64,000 nt of DNA from Alphaproteobacteria bacterium (GTDB lineage: Bacteria; Pseudomonadota; Alphaproteobacteria; UBA8317): positions 1-64,000 of the forward strand of contig JAYPQH010000010.1 of NCBI GenBank assembly GCA_038131935.1, written 5' to 3'. The position numbers and the translations under genes are program-made. Below the pieces are notes generated by a model, which ran no database searches, was not told the origin of the DNA, and saw only the letters and a program-made list of their open reading frames with translations. Shown here piece after piece: positions 22,615 through 32,245 of this stretch. Position 1 is the stretch's first letter. Each line of letters begins with the position of its first letter.

Positions 22615-23409
22615 TTATTTCCTCCCTAACCATCTGAAACATCTATTTAACTCACGGATCCCATGTGTGGATGTGCAGAAAACTTCTTCTCCCAAGTCAT
22701 AAGATGCAGCAAGGCATTGTGATAGATTATCTAATGCAAGTTGGTTGCACAACTGAATATCTTGGGCTTGAGACCAACGATGTCGCGTGCCCTCGGAAAA
22801 TGCTTCCTCACCAAGATGATACATGGTCGCAAGTAGTATGATCCGTTCCGCTGCAGAGGGTTTGTTGGGAGATCCTTTTCTAAAAAACAATTCTTTGTTC
22901 GTGTCCGCGGCTTGTTTGGTTAAAAGGCGTTTTCTAGGTCTTGGTATGTTTTGCGCAAAGGTGGGGAATGATATCTTATGTCCCCGCAAATATTCATCAA
23001 GATATTGAGCAAGGGCATCGGAATAATCTGTTTCGATTAGGTTTTGTTTGACTGTTTTTAACAGAGCGTCTTGAGCGCCTGGCAACCTCATAACCGAACT
23101 TTGATCCCTCTCAAGAGACCAAACTAGATAGCTCGAAAAATTATAATTTTGGATATACGCATGAAATGAAGGTTCTTGCGCTGCGATTTTTGCTGACCTT
23201 ATCATAAAGTCTTGAGCCAAAATATCAGGGGCGAGAGAAAGAAGCTTTTTATTGAAGCCACGGACGGCTGAACTTGTGAGACCTATGTCGTTGGTTTGGG
23301 CTATCAATGTACGAAGGCGTTCATATTGATTGCTCTGTGGTTGGTTTTGGGCTTGCAATAGGGTTGGTAATGAAATCGTAAAAAAGACAAGTATGATGCG
23401 AATAAGCAT
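22615..23409 (-). CDS. Hypothetical exported protein with four C-terminal cysteines
   Basis: 264-aa ORF, signal peptide ending LQA, C-terminal C-x10-C-x12-C-x11-C. Confidence 0.75.
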   Translation of the reverse strand: MLIRIILVFFTISLPTLLQAQNQPQSNQYERLRTLIAQTNDIGLTSSAVRGFNKKLLSLAPDILAQDFMIRSAKIAAQEPSFHAYIQNYNFSSYLVWSLERDQSSVMRLPGAQDALLKTVKQNLIETDYSDALAQYLDEYLRGHKISFPTFAQNIPRPRKRLLTKQAADTNKELFFRKGSPNKPSAAERIILLATMYHLGEEAFSEGTRHRWSQAQDIQLCNQLALDNLSQCLAASYDLGEEVFCTSTHGIRELNRCFRWLGRK

Positions 23410-23535
23410 GAATGTAACCTTAAAAATATAATGGTATGAAATTCTACTTTAAGCGGAAACTCTTGTTGAATGGCTTGCCTGTCAACAGGAAAATGGTCCA
23501 CCAGTCGAGAAAGAATTTACCCGAGGATTCAATAT

Positions 23536-24243
23536 ATGCGAGATACAAAAGATCATTTGATTGTAGCTTTAGATGTTCCCTCTTTGGACGAATTACGTCA
23601 GCTTTGTCGTTTGTTGCAGGGTGAAGTCGGTATGGTAAAAATTGGTTTGGGACATTTGGGCTATGGTCTTCACGAGGCTGTAGATATTGCTCATCAATAT
23701 GGTCACAAAATATTTCTTGATTTGAAGTTGTTTGATATTGGGGCAACAGTAAGTCGTTCGGTGGAGGGACTATGTCAATTACCTATTGATATGCTCACTG
23801 TACATGGAGATCCTCATGTCGTGCGTGCGGCTTTTGAAGGAAGGGCGCGTGGCCAAGGAAAGTTTTCGATATTGGCTGTGACTATTTTAACATCATTGGA
23901 TGCTGTGGATATCGACGCTTGCCAATTTGCGCCAATGCCTGTCGAGCTACTGGTTGAAAAGCGTGCTCAGTTGGCTGTTCAAGCAGGTGCGGATGGTGTC
24001 ATTGCTAGTCCTGCAGAGGCCAAACGGTTAAGGGAGCTTCTTGGCCCATCTTTTTATATTGTAACACCAGGTGTACGTCCCCACGGGGCGGATCAAAATG
24101 ATCAAAAAAGAGTTGCAACGCCGCGCGATGCTATTCAGGCGGGAGCAAGTCATATTGTTGTGGGTCGACCAATTATTCATGCAAATGATCCGTTGGAGGC
24201 TACACGTAACCTGCTGTTGCCATTGGCTGGCATGACGGCTTAA
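23536..24243 (+). CDS. pyrF: Orotidine 5'-phosphate decarboxylase
   Basis: LIVALD, IFLDLKLFDIGATV, AVTILTS, VTPGVRP, DQKRVATP, VVGRPI. Confidence 0.97.
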   Translation: MRDTKDHLIVALDVPSLDELRQLCRLLQGEVGMVKIGLGHLGYGLHEAVDIAHQYGHKIFLDLKLFDIGATVSRSVEGLCQLPIDMLTVHGDPHVVRAAFEGRARGQGKFSILAVTILTSLDAVDIDACQFAPMPVELLVEKRAQLAVQAGADGVIASPAEAKRLRELLGPSFYIVTPGVRPHGADQNDQKRVATPRDAIQAGASHIVVGRPIIHANDPLEATRNLLLPLAGMTA

Positions 24244-24302
24244 ACAGCGGTACAGAGCTGGAAAAGAGCGATCGTTTTTCAATAAAATTAATGGAGCATA
24301 AA

Positions 24303-24827
24303 ATGGATATGTCAAAAATACCGGTTGGTGACAAAGCCCCAGATGAAGTGAATGTTATTGTGGAAATCCCCAAAGGTGGACAGCCTGTGAAATATGAAAT
24401 TGATAAGGATTCTGGTGCTGTTATGGTTGATCGTTTCATGACCGCCGCCATGTTTTACCCTGCTGATTATGGTTTTGTACCCAATACGTTGGCTGCAGAT
24501 GGGGATCCGCTCGATTTTCTTGTTGTCACAAGGGCAGATGTTGTTCCAGGTTGTGTTATACGTTGTCGCCCTGTGGGGGTTCTTCACATGGAAGATGAAA
24601 GCGGTGGGGATGAGAAAATTATTGGTGTGCCGGTAACCAAGCTCGATCCATACTTTTCAGAAATTCAGACTTATGAAGACTTCCCAGAAATTTTTCGCGA
24701 TCAAATCAAACATTTCTTCGAGCGTTATAAGGACCTAGAGAAAGGAAAATGGGTGAAGCTTGGCGGCTGGGGTGGACCTGATGAAGCAAAGCGTATCATT
24801 CAAGAGTCTATCGAAAATTTTTCATAA
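24303..24827 (+). CDS. ppa: Inorganic pyrophosphatase (family I)
   Basis: VKYEIDK, YPADYGFVPNTLAADGDPLD, MEDESGGDEKI, HFFERYKDLE. Confidence 0.97.
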   Translation: MDMSKIPVGDKAPDEVNVIVEIPKGGQPVKYEIDKDSGAVMVDRFMTAAMFYPADYGFVPNTLAADGDPLDFLVVTRADVVPGCVIRCRPVGVLHMEDESGGDEKIIGVPVTKLDPYFSEIQTYEDFPEIFRDQIKHFFERYKDLEKGKWVKLGGWGGPDEAKRIIQESIENFS

Positions 24828-24953
24828 GTTTTTATAAAAATCCATCAGTGTTTTTGGCATATTCTGCAGGGCAAAAAGCGATCTCTCGATTAGGGCTGCT
24901 GGTATCATATAATGATGTAGCAAATGTAGTGAGAAGCCTCACAACCTTGTCTT

Positions 24954-26021
24954 TTAAGACAAGGTTGTGAGTGATCGAAACTGCTTGGCAAGTTTGAGGG
25001 TTTGACCTTGGTAATTTGAGTGCAAGGACGAGCCATATAGTTGATCTGGTAGAGATTTGAGTGTTTCAAATACCAAGGAACCTATCACTTGTTCAGCTTC
25101 AATAAGAAAAGGCACTTCGTGGGTTCGTACTTCTAAAACGCCCCTTGATCCCGTTTGATTGTTTTCAACAACTCCGAAGCCTGGATCAAAGAAGCCAGCA
25201 TAATGGACGCGCAGTTCCCCAACATTTGTGTCATACGCCACCATTTCCGCAGCCTGATCGGGAGGGATAGACATCTCTTCTGCCGTTGCTAGAATATAAA
25301 ATTCATCCGGATCTAGAATAAGGCCTAAATTTTTGCGCGCAAAAACAGGTTCCCAGAAATCTAACACATCATAATGATTAGGCTTATCAAAATCGATGAG
25401 GCCGGCATGTTTTCGTGCTTTGAAACCTAAGATTGGGGGTAGTGACGTGCCTAATCCAAGGGTCGCGGCATCAAAGCCTGCAACGTCAACAGAGAAATTC
25501 ATAGGGACCTGGGCGGCTGTAACAATTTGGTCAACATCATGATCAGTAAGCCTTAATTGCACCAGTCTTGTTCCTACATGTACCCTTATAGAAAATGTTC
25601 TGGGTGCTAGTTCAACATATAATTTCCCACAATAACCTGCTGGGATTTGGTCAAAAGCGACCCCTTCGTCGGTGATGACGCGTGCAAACAAATCCAGTCT
25701 TCCTGTAGAACTTTTTGGGTTTGTACGGCCTGAAATATGGCGTGGTAAATTCAATGTTTCCTCAAGTTCAAGGATATATACACATCCCCTTTCCAAAACA
25801 GCACCCTCATCAAGATCAAACTCATGCATGGCAAGTTTTACCAAGCGCTCCTCAACGGAATGTCCATGACCTGGTAAGAAAGACGCTGGGACGCGATAGG
25901 CGCGCCGTGCTAACCTTAGGTCTACAGAGGCTGGTTGATATTGATCTGTTTCAATCGCTTGTGAGGATGACAAAAAGCCACCATCTCTCAAGTCTTGCAT
26001 AGGCAAAATGGCTTTTGGCAA
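24954..26021 (-). CDS. dcd: dCTP deaminase, two-domain alphaproteobacterial type
   Basis: QPASVDLRL, NPKSSTGRLD, RVHYAGFFDPGFG, SNYQGQTLKLAKQF. Confidence 0.92.
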   Translation of the reverse strand: MPKAILPMQDLRDGGFLSSSQAIETDQYQPASVDLRLARRAYRVPASFLPGHGHSVEERLVKLAMHEFDLDEGAVLERGCVYILELEETLNLPRHISGRTNPKSSTGRLDLFARVITDEGVAFDQIPAGYCGKLYVELAPRTFSIRVHVGTRLVQLRLTDHDVDQIVTAAQVPMNFSVDVAGFDAATLGLGTSLPPILGFKARKHAGLIDFDKPNHYDVLDFWEPVFARKNLGLILDPDEFYILATAEEMSIPPDQAAEMVAYDTNVGELRVHYAGFFDPGFGVVENNQTGSRGVLEVRTHEVPFLIEAEQVIGSLVFETLKSLPDQLYGSSLHSNYQGQTLKLAKQFRSLTTLS

Positions 26022-26116
26022 ATGCTATTCCTTTCAAGGATTTTCGTCATCGTTTCGCCATGAATACGATAGGGAGGCCCTTTGGCACAATATGCCCGCT
26101 GAGATAGTTTTGGATA

Positions 26117-26770
26117 CTAAGGTCGTTTCAAAAATATTGGCACGAGCAAAAGTCCAATGAGGAATCCAGCGATATGTGCGTCCCAAGCAACATTTTCAAA
26201 ACCAGGTGGTATAATAACAGCGAGGACAACATGTAACAAAAGGAATCCAATAGAAAACCTTGTCACTTTGGTGTCGAGTAAGGGCAGAGGCGATATTCTA
26301 CCGGGCGTTGGGAGGCGAACAAAGGCCCCAAATAAAGCTGAGACTGCAGCAGAAAGTCCAACAAGGTTTGGGCTTGTATACATGTTGTTAAATGCAAATG
26401 CCGCAGCTCCTGCACCACTGCCAAGCCACATGAGGATGGTCAAACGGAACCAACCTAGCTGTTCTAAAACGGGGGTTCCGACTGCAGCCAGCCACACGCT
26501 ATTTAGCGTTATGTGGATGAAACTTGCGTGCATGTAACCATACCCAACAAGAGCTGTTAGGTACCAAGGGGCAAGCTCTTGTTTCAGCACAGCAATGAAA
26601 ATATCGGTGTTAAAAATAAGAAATGGCAACAGGGGTGGGCGTAACCAATCTAATTGGAATGCAACAAACAAACACCATGCCAAACCAAGATGCGCTAGTA
26701 ACGGGCGCGGCAGATTAATAGCTCGCTCTTTTGACACAACCTGTAACCTTTGCAATTTTATTGCGTTCAA
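26117..26770 (-). CDS. Rhomboid family intramembrane serine protease; start uncertain
   Basis: H...HITLN, VGLSAAVSA, VAWDAHIAG. Confidence 0.88.
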   Translation of the reverse strand: MNAIKLQRLQVVSKERAINLPRPLLAHLGLAWCLFVAFQLDWLRPPLLPFLIFNTDIFIAVLKQELAPWYLTALVGYGYMHASFIHITLNSVWLAAVGTPVLEQLGWFRLTILMWLGSGAGAAAFAFNNMYTSPNLVGLSAAVSALFGAFVRLPTPGRISPLPLLDTKVTRFSIGFLLLHVVLAVIIPPGFENVAWDAHIAGFLIGLLLVPIFLKRP

Positions 26771-26925
26771 ACCTAACGCTGCCGTTACATCTTGGTTACC
26801 TCATTGTCAAAATAATGAATTCCAGCGCGTATATCTGAGGTGTCTATAGAGGTGTTCATGGTGTCGACAATGTTACATCAAATCTTCAAAGGGCGCGACA
26901 ATTATCCCCGTATTAGGTGGTAACT

Positions 26926-26943
26926 TTGATTGCTAACAATCAA
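26926..26943. promoter_or_regulatory. Palindromic operator / FNR-like box upstream of the ccoS-like gene
   Basis: TTGATTG-CTAA-CAATCAA perfect 7-bp inverted repeat; also reads TTGAT-N4-AACAA, one mismatch from TTGAT-N4-ATCAA. Confidence 0.4.
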
Positions 26944-26978
26944 TATTTCTTGCTTGCGAACAGAAATGGAGATTGAGC

Positions 26979-27143
26979 GTGGTTACAGGGCAGCTGATCA
27001 TACCGTTATTGATCCTGCTTGGGGGTTTGGGTTTGGCCGCTTTTATTTGGGTTCAACGGTCTAGCAAGTATGAGCAAAGTGATGATCATGCAAAAAAAAC
27101 ACTCTTCGGTGAAAACAACCCAGAAAAATCAGATTTTGAGTGA
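26979..27143 (+). CDS. ccoS: cbb3-type oxidase maturation protein CcoS/FixS-like, 54 aa, absent from the ORF track
   Basis: GGAG RBS, GTG start, LIIPLLILLGGLGLAAFIWVQRSSKYEQSDDHAKKTLF resembles the CcoS pattern LIP..L.LG..GL.AF.W..RSGQY.D....A.RIL. Confidence 0.65.
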   Translation: MVTGQLIIPLLILLGGLGLAAFIWVQRSSKYEQSDDHAKKTLFGENNPEKSDFE

Positions 27144-27214
27144 AATTTGATTGCGCTTTGCGCCACAATAAGGTTCACATATCATCATCGTGAACGATTG
27201 AGGGGGAGACCACA

Positions 27215-27667
27215 ATGGCAAATCCTACAATGCTCGCAATGATAGCGGGTATGATTTTGTCTTTTGCGGGAGCAAGTGAAGCGCCAGCTGCGAGTCATGA
27301 ACAGAAAGCGGGTGGGTTGGTGCTTGAATTGAACAAGCTAGACTCAGAAGCCACAGATAATAATGCATGTCGTGTCTATATGAGGGTTACAGAGGGATAT
27401 GGCGAAAATGTAGAGCAACTCGACGTATACTTGGTCTTGTTTGATACGCAGGACGTTGTATTGCGGCAATATGTTGTCCCACTTGCCCCTCTAAGTGCCC
27501 AAAAAACAAGGGTAAGATTGTTTGACCTTCCCGAGACAAAATGCGGTGATATTGGGTCAGTGTTATTCAATGGTATTGTGGCGTGTGAGCCTTCAACAGC
27601 AGCAGCTTGTATGAGCAGAAAAATACAACTGCGTTCTAAAGTTGATAACGTCAAATTATTCGAATGA
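27215..27667 (+). CDS. Conserved-looking hypothetical exported protein with four cysteines
   Basis: GGGGAG RBS, signal peptide, LELNKL...CRVY...LVLFD...KTRVRLFDLP...C..IGSVLFN...C. Confidence 0.8.
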   Translation: MANPTMLAMIAGMILSFAGASEAPAASHEQKAGGLVLELNKLDSEATDNNACRVYMRVTEGYGENVEQLDVYLVLFDTQDVVLRQYVVPLAPLSAQKTRVRLFDLPETKCGDIGSVLFNGIVACEPSTAAACMSRKIQLRSKVDNVKLFE

Positions 27668-27672
27668 TGCAA

Positions 27673-27689
27673 TTGACAATCGTTATCAA
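27673..27689. promoter_or_regulatory. Putative Fur box overlapping a TTGACA -35 element
   Basis: TGACAAT-C-GTTATCA vs 7-1-7 consensus TGATAAT-N-ATTATCA (2 mismatches), upstream of the Fe(III)-binding protein and fur. Confidence 0.6.
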
Positions 27690-27738
27690 CAAAGAGTAAG
27701 TCCAATTCCTGTGTTCTTTAGCGTGGGAATTGTACATA

Positions 27739-28740
27739 ATGAAAATAGCTTCTCTAGCTTCGATTATATTTTTATGCTTGCAAACAAGTGGCTTTGCGGG
27801 TTCGCTTAATGTGTATTCATATCGTCAGCCTGAGTTGCTTGCGCCGATCGTAAAGGCGTTTGAACGTGAATTTGGCCATCGTGTTAATCTTCTCTTCGCA
27901 AAAAAGGGCCTCGTGGAGCGTGCAATTCTTGAAGGCGAAAATACTGCTGCGGATGTTATTTTAACAACATCTGTTGCAGAGCTTGAGCGTGCTAAGGCTG
28001 CGGGAATACTCATGTCTGCGGGTGAAAATGTGCAAGATATTGTTGCTGGTGTTGGCGATCCAGATGGTGTTTGGGTGCCATTATCTCTGCGTCCAAGAAT
28101 CTTTTATGTCAGCAAACGTCTGACCGCGCGTGGATCGATGGTTTTTGATGACCTGCTCAAACCAGAATTTGTTGGTAGATTTTGTACCAGGCCATTAAAG
28201 CATGCCTACAATTTAAGTTGGCTGGCTGGAATGATTGATCGCCGCGGGCGCGTAGAGGTTGAAAACTTCTTGCAACAGTTGAAAAATCAGTTGGCAAGGA
28301 CTCCGCAAGGAAATGATCGTGCTCAAGTTCAGGCTATTTATGAAAATATTTGCGATATCTCAATTGGAAATGCCTATTATTATGGAGCTATGTTGAACAG
28401 CAAAAAGCAAAAGCCATGGGCGGAGGCCGTATCCTTGGTATTTGCTAAAGATATGAACGGCGGTGTCCATGTTGATATTTCTGGGATTGGTGTTTTGAAG
28501 GCGTCTAGCAAAAAAAATATTGCGCAAGAGTTCATACAATTTTTACTATCTGCTCAAGCGCAAAAAATTTATGCACAGACAAATCATGAATTCCCCGTTG
28601 TTGATGGTGTGGATAATCCTGCTATATTTGACGGTATTCCAGCATGGACAGCTTCTGAGTCAAGCTTGGAAAACATAGCGAATTTGGTGCCAGATGCAGC
28701 GCGGCTAGTGGATGAGGTTGGTTTCGACATTGGGCGCTGA
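27739..28740 (+). CDS. Fe(III) ABC transporter substrate-binding protein (FutA/FbpA family)
   Basis: LNVYSYRQ, HAYNLS, PQGNDRAQV.AI...CDISIGNAYYYG tyrosine ligands, NHEFPV. Confidence 0.93.
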   Translation: MKIASLASIIFLCLQTSGFAGSLNVYSYRQPELLAPIVKAFEREFGHRVNLLFAKKGLVERAILEGENTAADVILTTSVAELERAKAAGILMSAGENVQDIVAGVGDPDGVWVPLSLRPRIFYVSKRLTARGSMVFDDLLKPEFVGRFCTRPLKHAYNLSWLAGMIDRRGRVEVENFLQQLKNQLARTPQGNDRAQVQAIYENICDISIGNAYYYGAMLNSKKQKPWAEAVSLVFAKDMNGGVHVDISGIGVLKASSKKNIAQEFIQFLLSAQAQKIYAQTNHEFPVVDGVDNPAIFDGIPAWTASESSLENIANLVPDAARLVDEVGFDIGR

Positions 28741-28762
28741 AGCAGTAATAAAGGGTTGAGGT

Positions 28763-29185
28763 ATGGATCTTGTCAAAAAATTAGAAGAGATATGCCTTAA
28801 GAGTGATTTGCGAATGACCAATCAAAGACGGGTCATTGCTGAAGTGTTGATGGATTCGGATGATCACCCTTCCATTGAGGTCATTTTAGATAGGGCCAAA
28901 ATGCGTGACAGCCGTGTCTCTCTGCCAACTGTTTATCGCACCGTAAAGCTACTCGAGGATGCTGATATGCTAGAAAAGCATCTGCTCAAAGATGGTAGAA
29001 CATTGTATGAGGACAAAGTTGGTGAACATCACGATCACCTCATTGATGTTACAACGGGAGATGTTGTTGAGTTCGTATCAGAGGAAATTGAAGCTTTGCA
29101 AGAAGCTATTGCCGACAAGCTTGGTTACAAGCTTGTTGACCATAGATTGGAGCTATATGCCATTCCCAAAAAAAATCCAAAATAG
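28763..29185 (+). CDS. fur: Fur-family transcriptional regulator
   Basis: RMTNQRRVI, DHP, SLPTVYRTVKL, HHDHLID, LVDHRLELY. Confidence 0.95.
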   Translation: MDLVKKLEEICLKSDLRMTNQRRVIAEVLMDSDDHPSIEVILDRAKMRDSRVSLPTVYRTVKLLEDADMLEKHLLKDGRTLYEDKVGEHHDHLIDVTTGDVVEFVSEEIEALQEAIADKLGYKLVDHRLELYAIPKKNPK

Positions 29186-29250
29186 TTACAGTTTACTGGG
29201 CAATATTCTCGTGTGAAAGGACATATAACTTCAGGTTGAATACAAATATG

Positions 29251-29841
29251 TCATTCTGCTGAGAGTTTTTCAAAGACGAAATCAAGACGATCTTGTCCCC
29301 AAAATAATTCACCATCAATCAAAAAAGTCGGCATGCCAAAGACGCCTTGGCTAACAGCGTCATGACCATATTCCTCGATAATGCTTGCAAACTGAGTTTG
29401 TTCTTCTTCATCGGGTAAGGTGAAATTGGGTTCGCATGTCGACATGATTTCCGACATGGTTTGTGGGTCAGCAATGTTTGCTTCGTGACACCATAACGCC
29501 TGTCCTATCTTGTGGGCGGCTTCAAGTTTTTTGGCAGCGGTTGGCATGCGAAGTATGCAACTATGTGCAAGTATATCCGAACTTGGAAAGAATGCAGGCT
29601 CAATATTTAAGTTCAATTTAAGTCTTTGATCCCAGCGCTTAAGCTCTGAAAGGCGGTATTTCTGCCGTGCAGGATGACGTTGGGGCACGGGCACTCCGCC
29701 AGTTTGTGAGAAAACTTGTGCTGCGTTCACAGGTCTTAATTCTAAGGTGAAGGAAAAATTCTCTAGAACGGATAGAAGCCTATGATGACCCATGAAGCTC
29801 CAAGGTGAATTAATGTTAAAATATTCAATGACTGTTTTCAT
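29251..29841 (-). CDS. 2-hydroxychromene-2-carboxylate isomerase / kappa-GST (DsbA-like) family protein
   Basis: SPWSFMG, RQKYRLSELKRW, GVFGMPTF...ELFWGQDRL. Confidence 0.9.
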   Translation of the reverse strand: MKTVIEYFNINSPWSFMGHHRLLSVLENFSFTLELRPVNAAQVFSQTGGVPVPQRHPARQKYRLSELKRWDQRLKLNLNIEPAFFPSSDILAHSCILRMPTAAKKLEAAHKIGQALWCHEANIADPQTMSEIMSTCEPNFTLPDEEEQTQFASIIEEYGHDAVSQGVFGMPTFLIDGELFWGQDRLDFVFEKLSAE

Positions 29842-29874
29842 GTTTCTCTCGGATTGGATGATGGCGTTTTGATA

Positions 29875-30285
29875 TTATGGTTGAGAAGGAAGCAAACCAG
29901 CAGATTTTAGCATCTGTTGGATATGTGGATAGAAGAAGTCAGCACCAGGGTAACCCAAAAGGCGCGAGGCCTCTTTGTCATCTACCATAAGCACGAATGT
30001 TGGTGTGTAGTGAAGCGGTTTTTGTGGATCGATTCCAGTCGGCATGGTATCCGTCATATGAATTATTTTAATAGGTGCGATCTTGCCTTCGATCGTCATG
30101 CCATAACCAGGGCCAATTTCCTCTCTCCATAACTCACAATAGGGACAACTTTTGTCTTCAATCATCAAAAGGTAACTTTTTGGGGATTGTTCTTCGGCCC
30201 AAATTGGATATGAAATACTTAGTATAAAAAATACAGTGAAGAGGTGTAAAAAATATGGGTTTTGAAATCGGATTTGGAGGGGCAT
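29875..30285 (-). CDS. soxS: SoxS-like periplasmic thioredoxin; start uncertain
   Basis: CPYCELWREEIGPGY..T.EG..AP, TPTFVL, RLLGYPGADFFY; adjacent to soxV. Confidence 0.8.
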   Translation of the reverse strand: MPLQIRFQNPYFLHLFTVFFILSISYPIWAEEQSPKSYLLMIEDKSCPYCELWREEIGPGYGMTIEGKIAPIKIIHMTDTMPTGIDPQKPLHYTPTFVLMVDDKEASRLLGYPGADFFYPHIQQMLKSAGLLPSQP

Positions 30286-30989
30286 TCGTTGCTGGAATCG
30301 TCTCATTCTTGTCTCCATGTGTTTTGCCTTTGGTTCCACCTTATCTCACTTTTCTTGCGGGTGTCTCACTTGAAGAATTGACAAGTGAGACAGAAAACCG
30401 CCCCACAACAAGGGTTATGTTATCCGCGCTAGCTTTTGTTTTAGGGTTTGCAACGGTATTTACACTTTTGGGCGCTGGCGCCAGTGCAATTGGGCGAATC
30501 ATGCAGCAGAATTTTGATGTTCTCGCTATGGTTGGCGGTGGCATTATCATTCTATTCGGGCTGCACTTTCTTGGTGCGTTTCGTGTGGCTCTATTCTACC
30601 GAGAAGCACGCGTGCATTTGGAACGAAAACCCCCAGGGTTCTTGGGTGCTTATGTTATCGGTTTGGCGTTTGCGTTTGGGTGGACACCATGTGTTGGTCC
30701 TGTCTTAGCATCGATTCTGTTTCTTGCGGCTGGAGAAGAAACCATTTTCCATGGTATGTTCTTGTTGCTATGCTACGCACTTGGTATAGGCATACCGTTC
30801 TTGCTAGCGGCAGCATTCGCGCATCCATTTATGGGATTTATGGCTCGTTTTCGAAAGCATCTTGGAATAGTGGAGAAATGCATGGGGGCCATGCTTGTGG
30901 TTACGGGAATCCTTTTGATGACTGGAACCATGTCAGAAATTTCATATCTGCTTTTGGAATATTTTCCCGCCATGGGAACATTGGGTTAA
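30255..30989 (+). CDS. soxV: CcdA-type membrane disulfide reductase (SoxV)
   Basis: SFLSPCVLPLVP and AFGWTPCVGP; immediately upstream of soxX. Confidence 0.88.
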   Translation: MGFEIGFGGAFVAGIVSFLSPCVLPLVPPYLTFLAGVSLEELTSETENRPTTRVMLSALAFVLGFATVFTLLGAGASAIGRIMQQNFDVLAMVGGGIIILFGLHFLGAFRVALFYREARVHLERKPPGFLGAYVIGLAFAFGWTPCVGPVLASILFLAAGEETIFHGMFLLLCYALGIGIPFLLAAAFAHPFMGFMARFRKHLGIVEKCMGAMLVVTGILLMTGTMSEISYLLLEYFPAMGTLG

Positions 30990-31276
30990 TATACATTTTT
31001 TATTTTGTATCTGTACTAGGTTCCATAGAGATAGTGATACAGTTTTGTTCTTGATTGCTGAGGCTTGGAAAACATCTTCAAAGGATGTCACGTTATGATC
31101 AGTTGAATTTTTAGCGGTTTTTTTTGCTCTCAGAGGTTATCAACTAATGGACTACTGATGTTCTCATCTGTGAGTAACTTTTACGTTTACACTTGATGTG
31201 AAATAAACTACACTTTTATTATGTTGATCCGATCGGCATAAATTAGAACAAAAAAATAAAAAACAAGAGGGGTGAG

Positions 31277-31727
31277 ATGATGCGGTTTGCAGCCTTTACG
31301 CTGGCAACCCTGATAGGGATGGGGGCAGCCTTTGCTGAGATCTCGGCAAATGACGTAAAAATTGTTGATGGTGAAATAGCAACTTCCTTGACAGGTGTAG
31401 CTGGCGATTCAGCCAAAGGCGCTCTGGCGTTTAAAGGGCGAAAGCTTGGAAATTGCTTGGCATGTCATGCAAATTCAGACATGAAATCAGAACAATTCCA
31501 TGGCGAGGTTGGTCCTGTCATGGACGGTGTGGGTGATCGGTATACCGAAGCTCAGTTACGGGCTATTGTGGTGAATTCCAAAGCAGTTTTTTGGTGATCA
31601 AACAATCATGCCAGCTTTTTATAGAACCGAAGGGTTGAATCGGGTGGCAAAGAAGTTTGAGGGTAAGCCTATTTTGAATGCGCAGCAGGTTGAGGATGTT
31701 GTTGCTTACCTGCGCACGTTAAAATAA
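31277..31727 (+). CDS. soxX: SoxX monoheme cytochrome c; frameshift at T-run near 31590
   Basis: GNCLACH, FHGEVGP; continuation TIMPAFYR...ILNAQQVEDVVAYLRTLK*. Confidence 0.93.
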
Positions 31728-31762
31728 TTTTTAGGAAACAAACAAGAAAAAGGAGATCGTCG

Positions 31763-32215
31763 ATGGCGAATTTCTCACGTCGAGAAACACTCATGGCGGG
31801 GGCAGGGCTGGCTACTGTGGCCATGCTACCAATTTCATGGGCGCAAGCTAACCAATCACTGGTGGATAAAGCCCTTGCTGAGTTCACAGGTGGTAAAGAT
31901 GGTGTTGAAGGTAAAATCTCTTTGGAGATGCCGGAGATTGCTGAAAACGGCAATACCGTACCTTTGACCGTATCCGTGGATAGCCCCATGGATGATGGCG
32001 ATTATGTCTCAAGCGTTCTCGTGCTCGCAACTGGAAATCCAACTCCTGGTGTTGTGACATTTCACTTCACCCCATTGAGTGGTGAGGCCAGCGCAACAAC
32101 CCGAATGCGGTTAGGCAAGACACAGGATGTTCTGGCGATAGCAAAGACATCTAAAGGTGAAGTTTACAAAACAGCAACAACTGTAAAAGTTACCATTGGT
32201 GGCTGTGGCGGTTGA
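31763..32215 (+). CDS. soxY: Sulfur carrier protein SoxY
   Basis: Tat signal SRRE, PEIAENGNTVP, C-terminal VKVTIGGCGG. Confidence 0.98.
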   Translation: MANFSRRETLMAGAGLATVAMLPISWAQANQSLVDKALAEFTGGKDGVEGKISLEMPEIAENGNTVPLTVSVDSPMDDGDYVSSVLVLATGNPTPGVVTFHFTPLSGEASATTRMRLGKTQDVLAIAKTSKGEVYKTATTVKVTIGGCGG

Positions 32216-32245
32216 TTTCCATCATAAATCAAGGAGAACGGTATT

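Noticed and set aside
26083-26095. Sigma-54 promoter-like TGGCAC...TGC
   Set aside because: GG-to-GC spacing is 8 rather than 10, and no plus-strand gene follows
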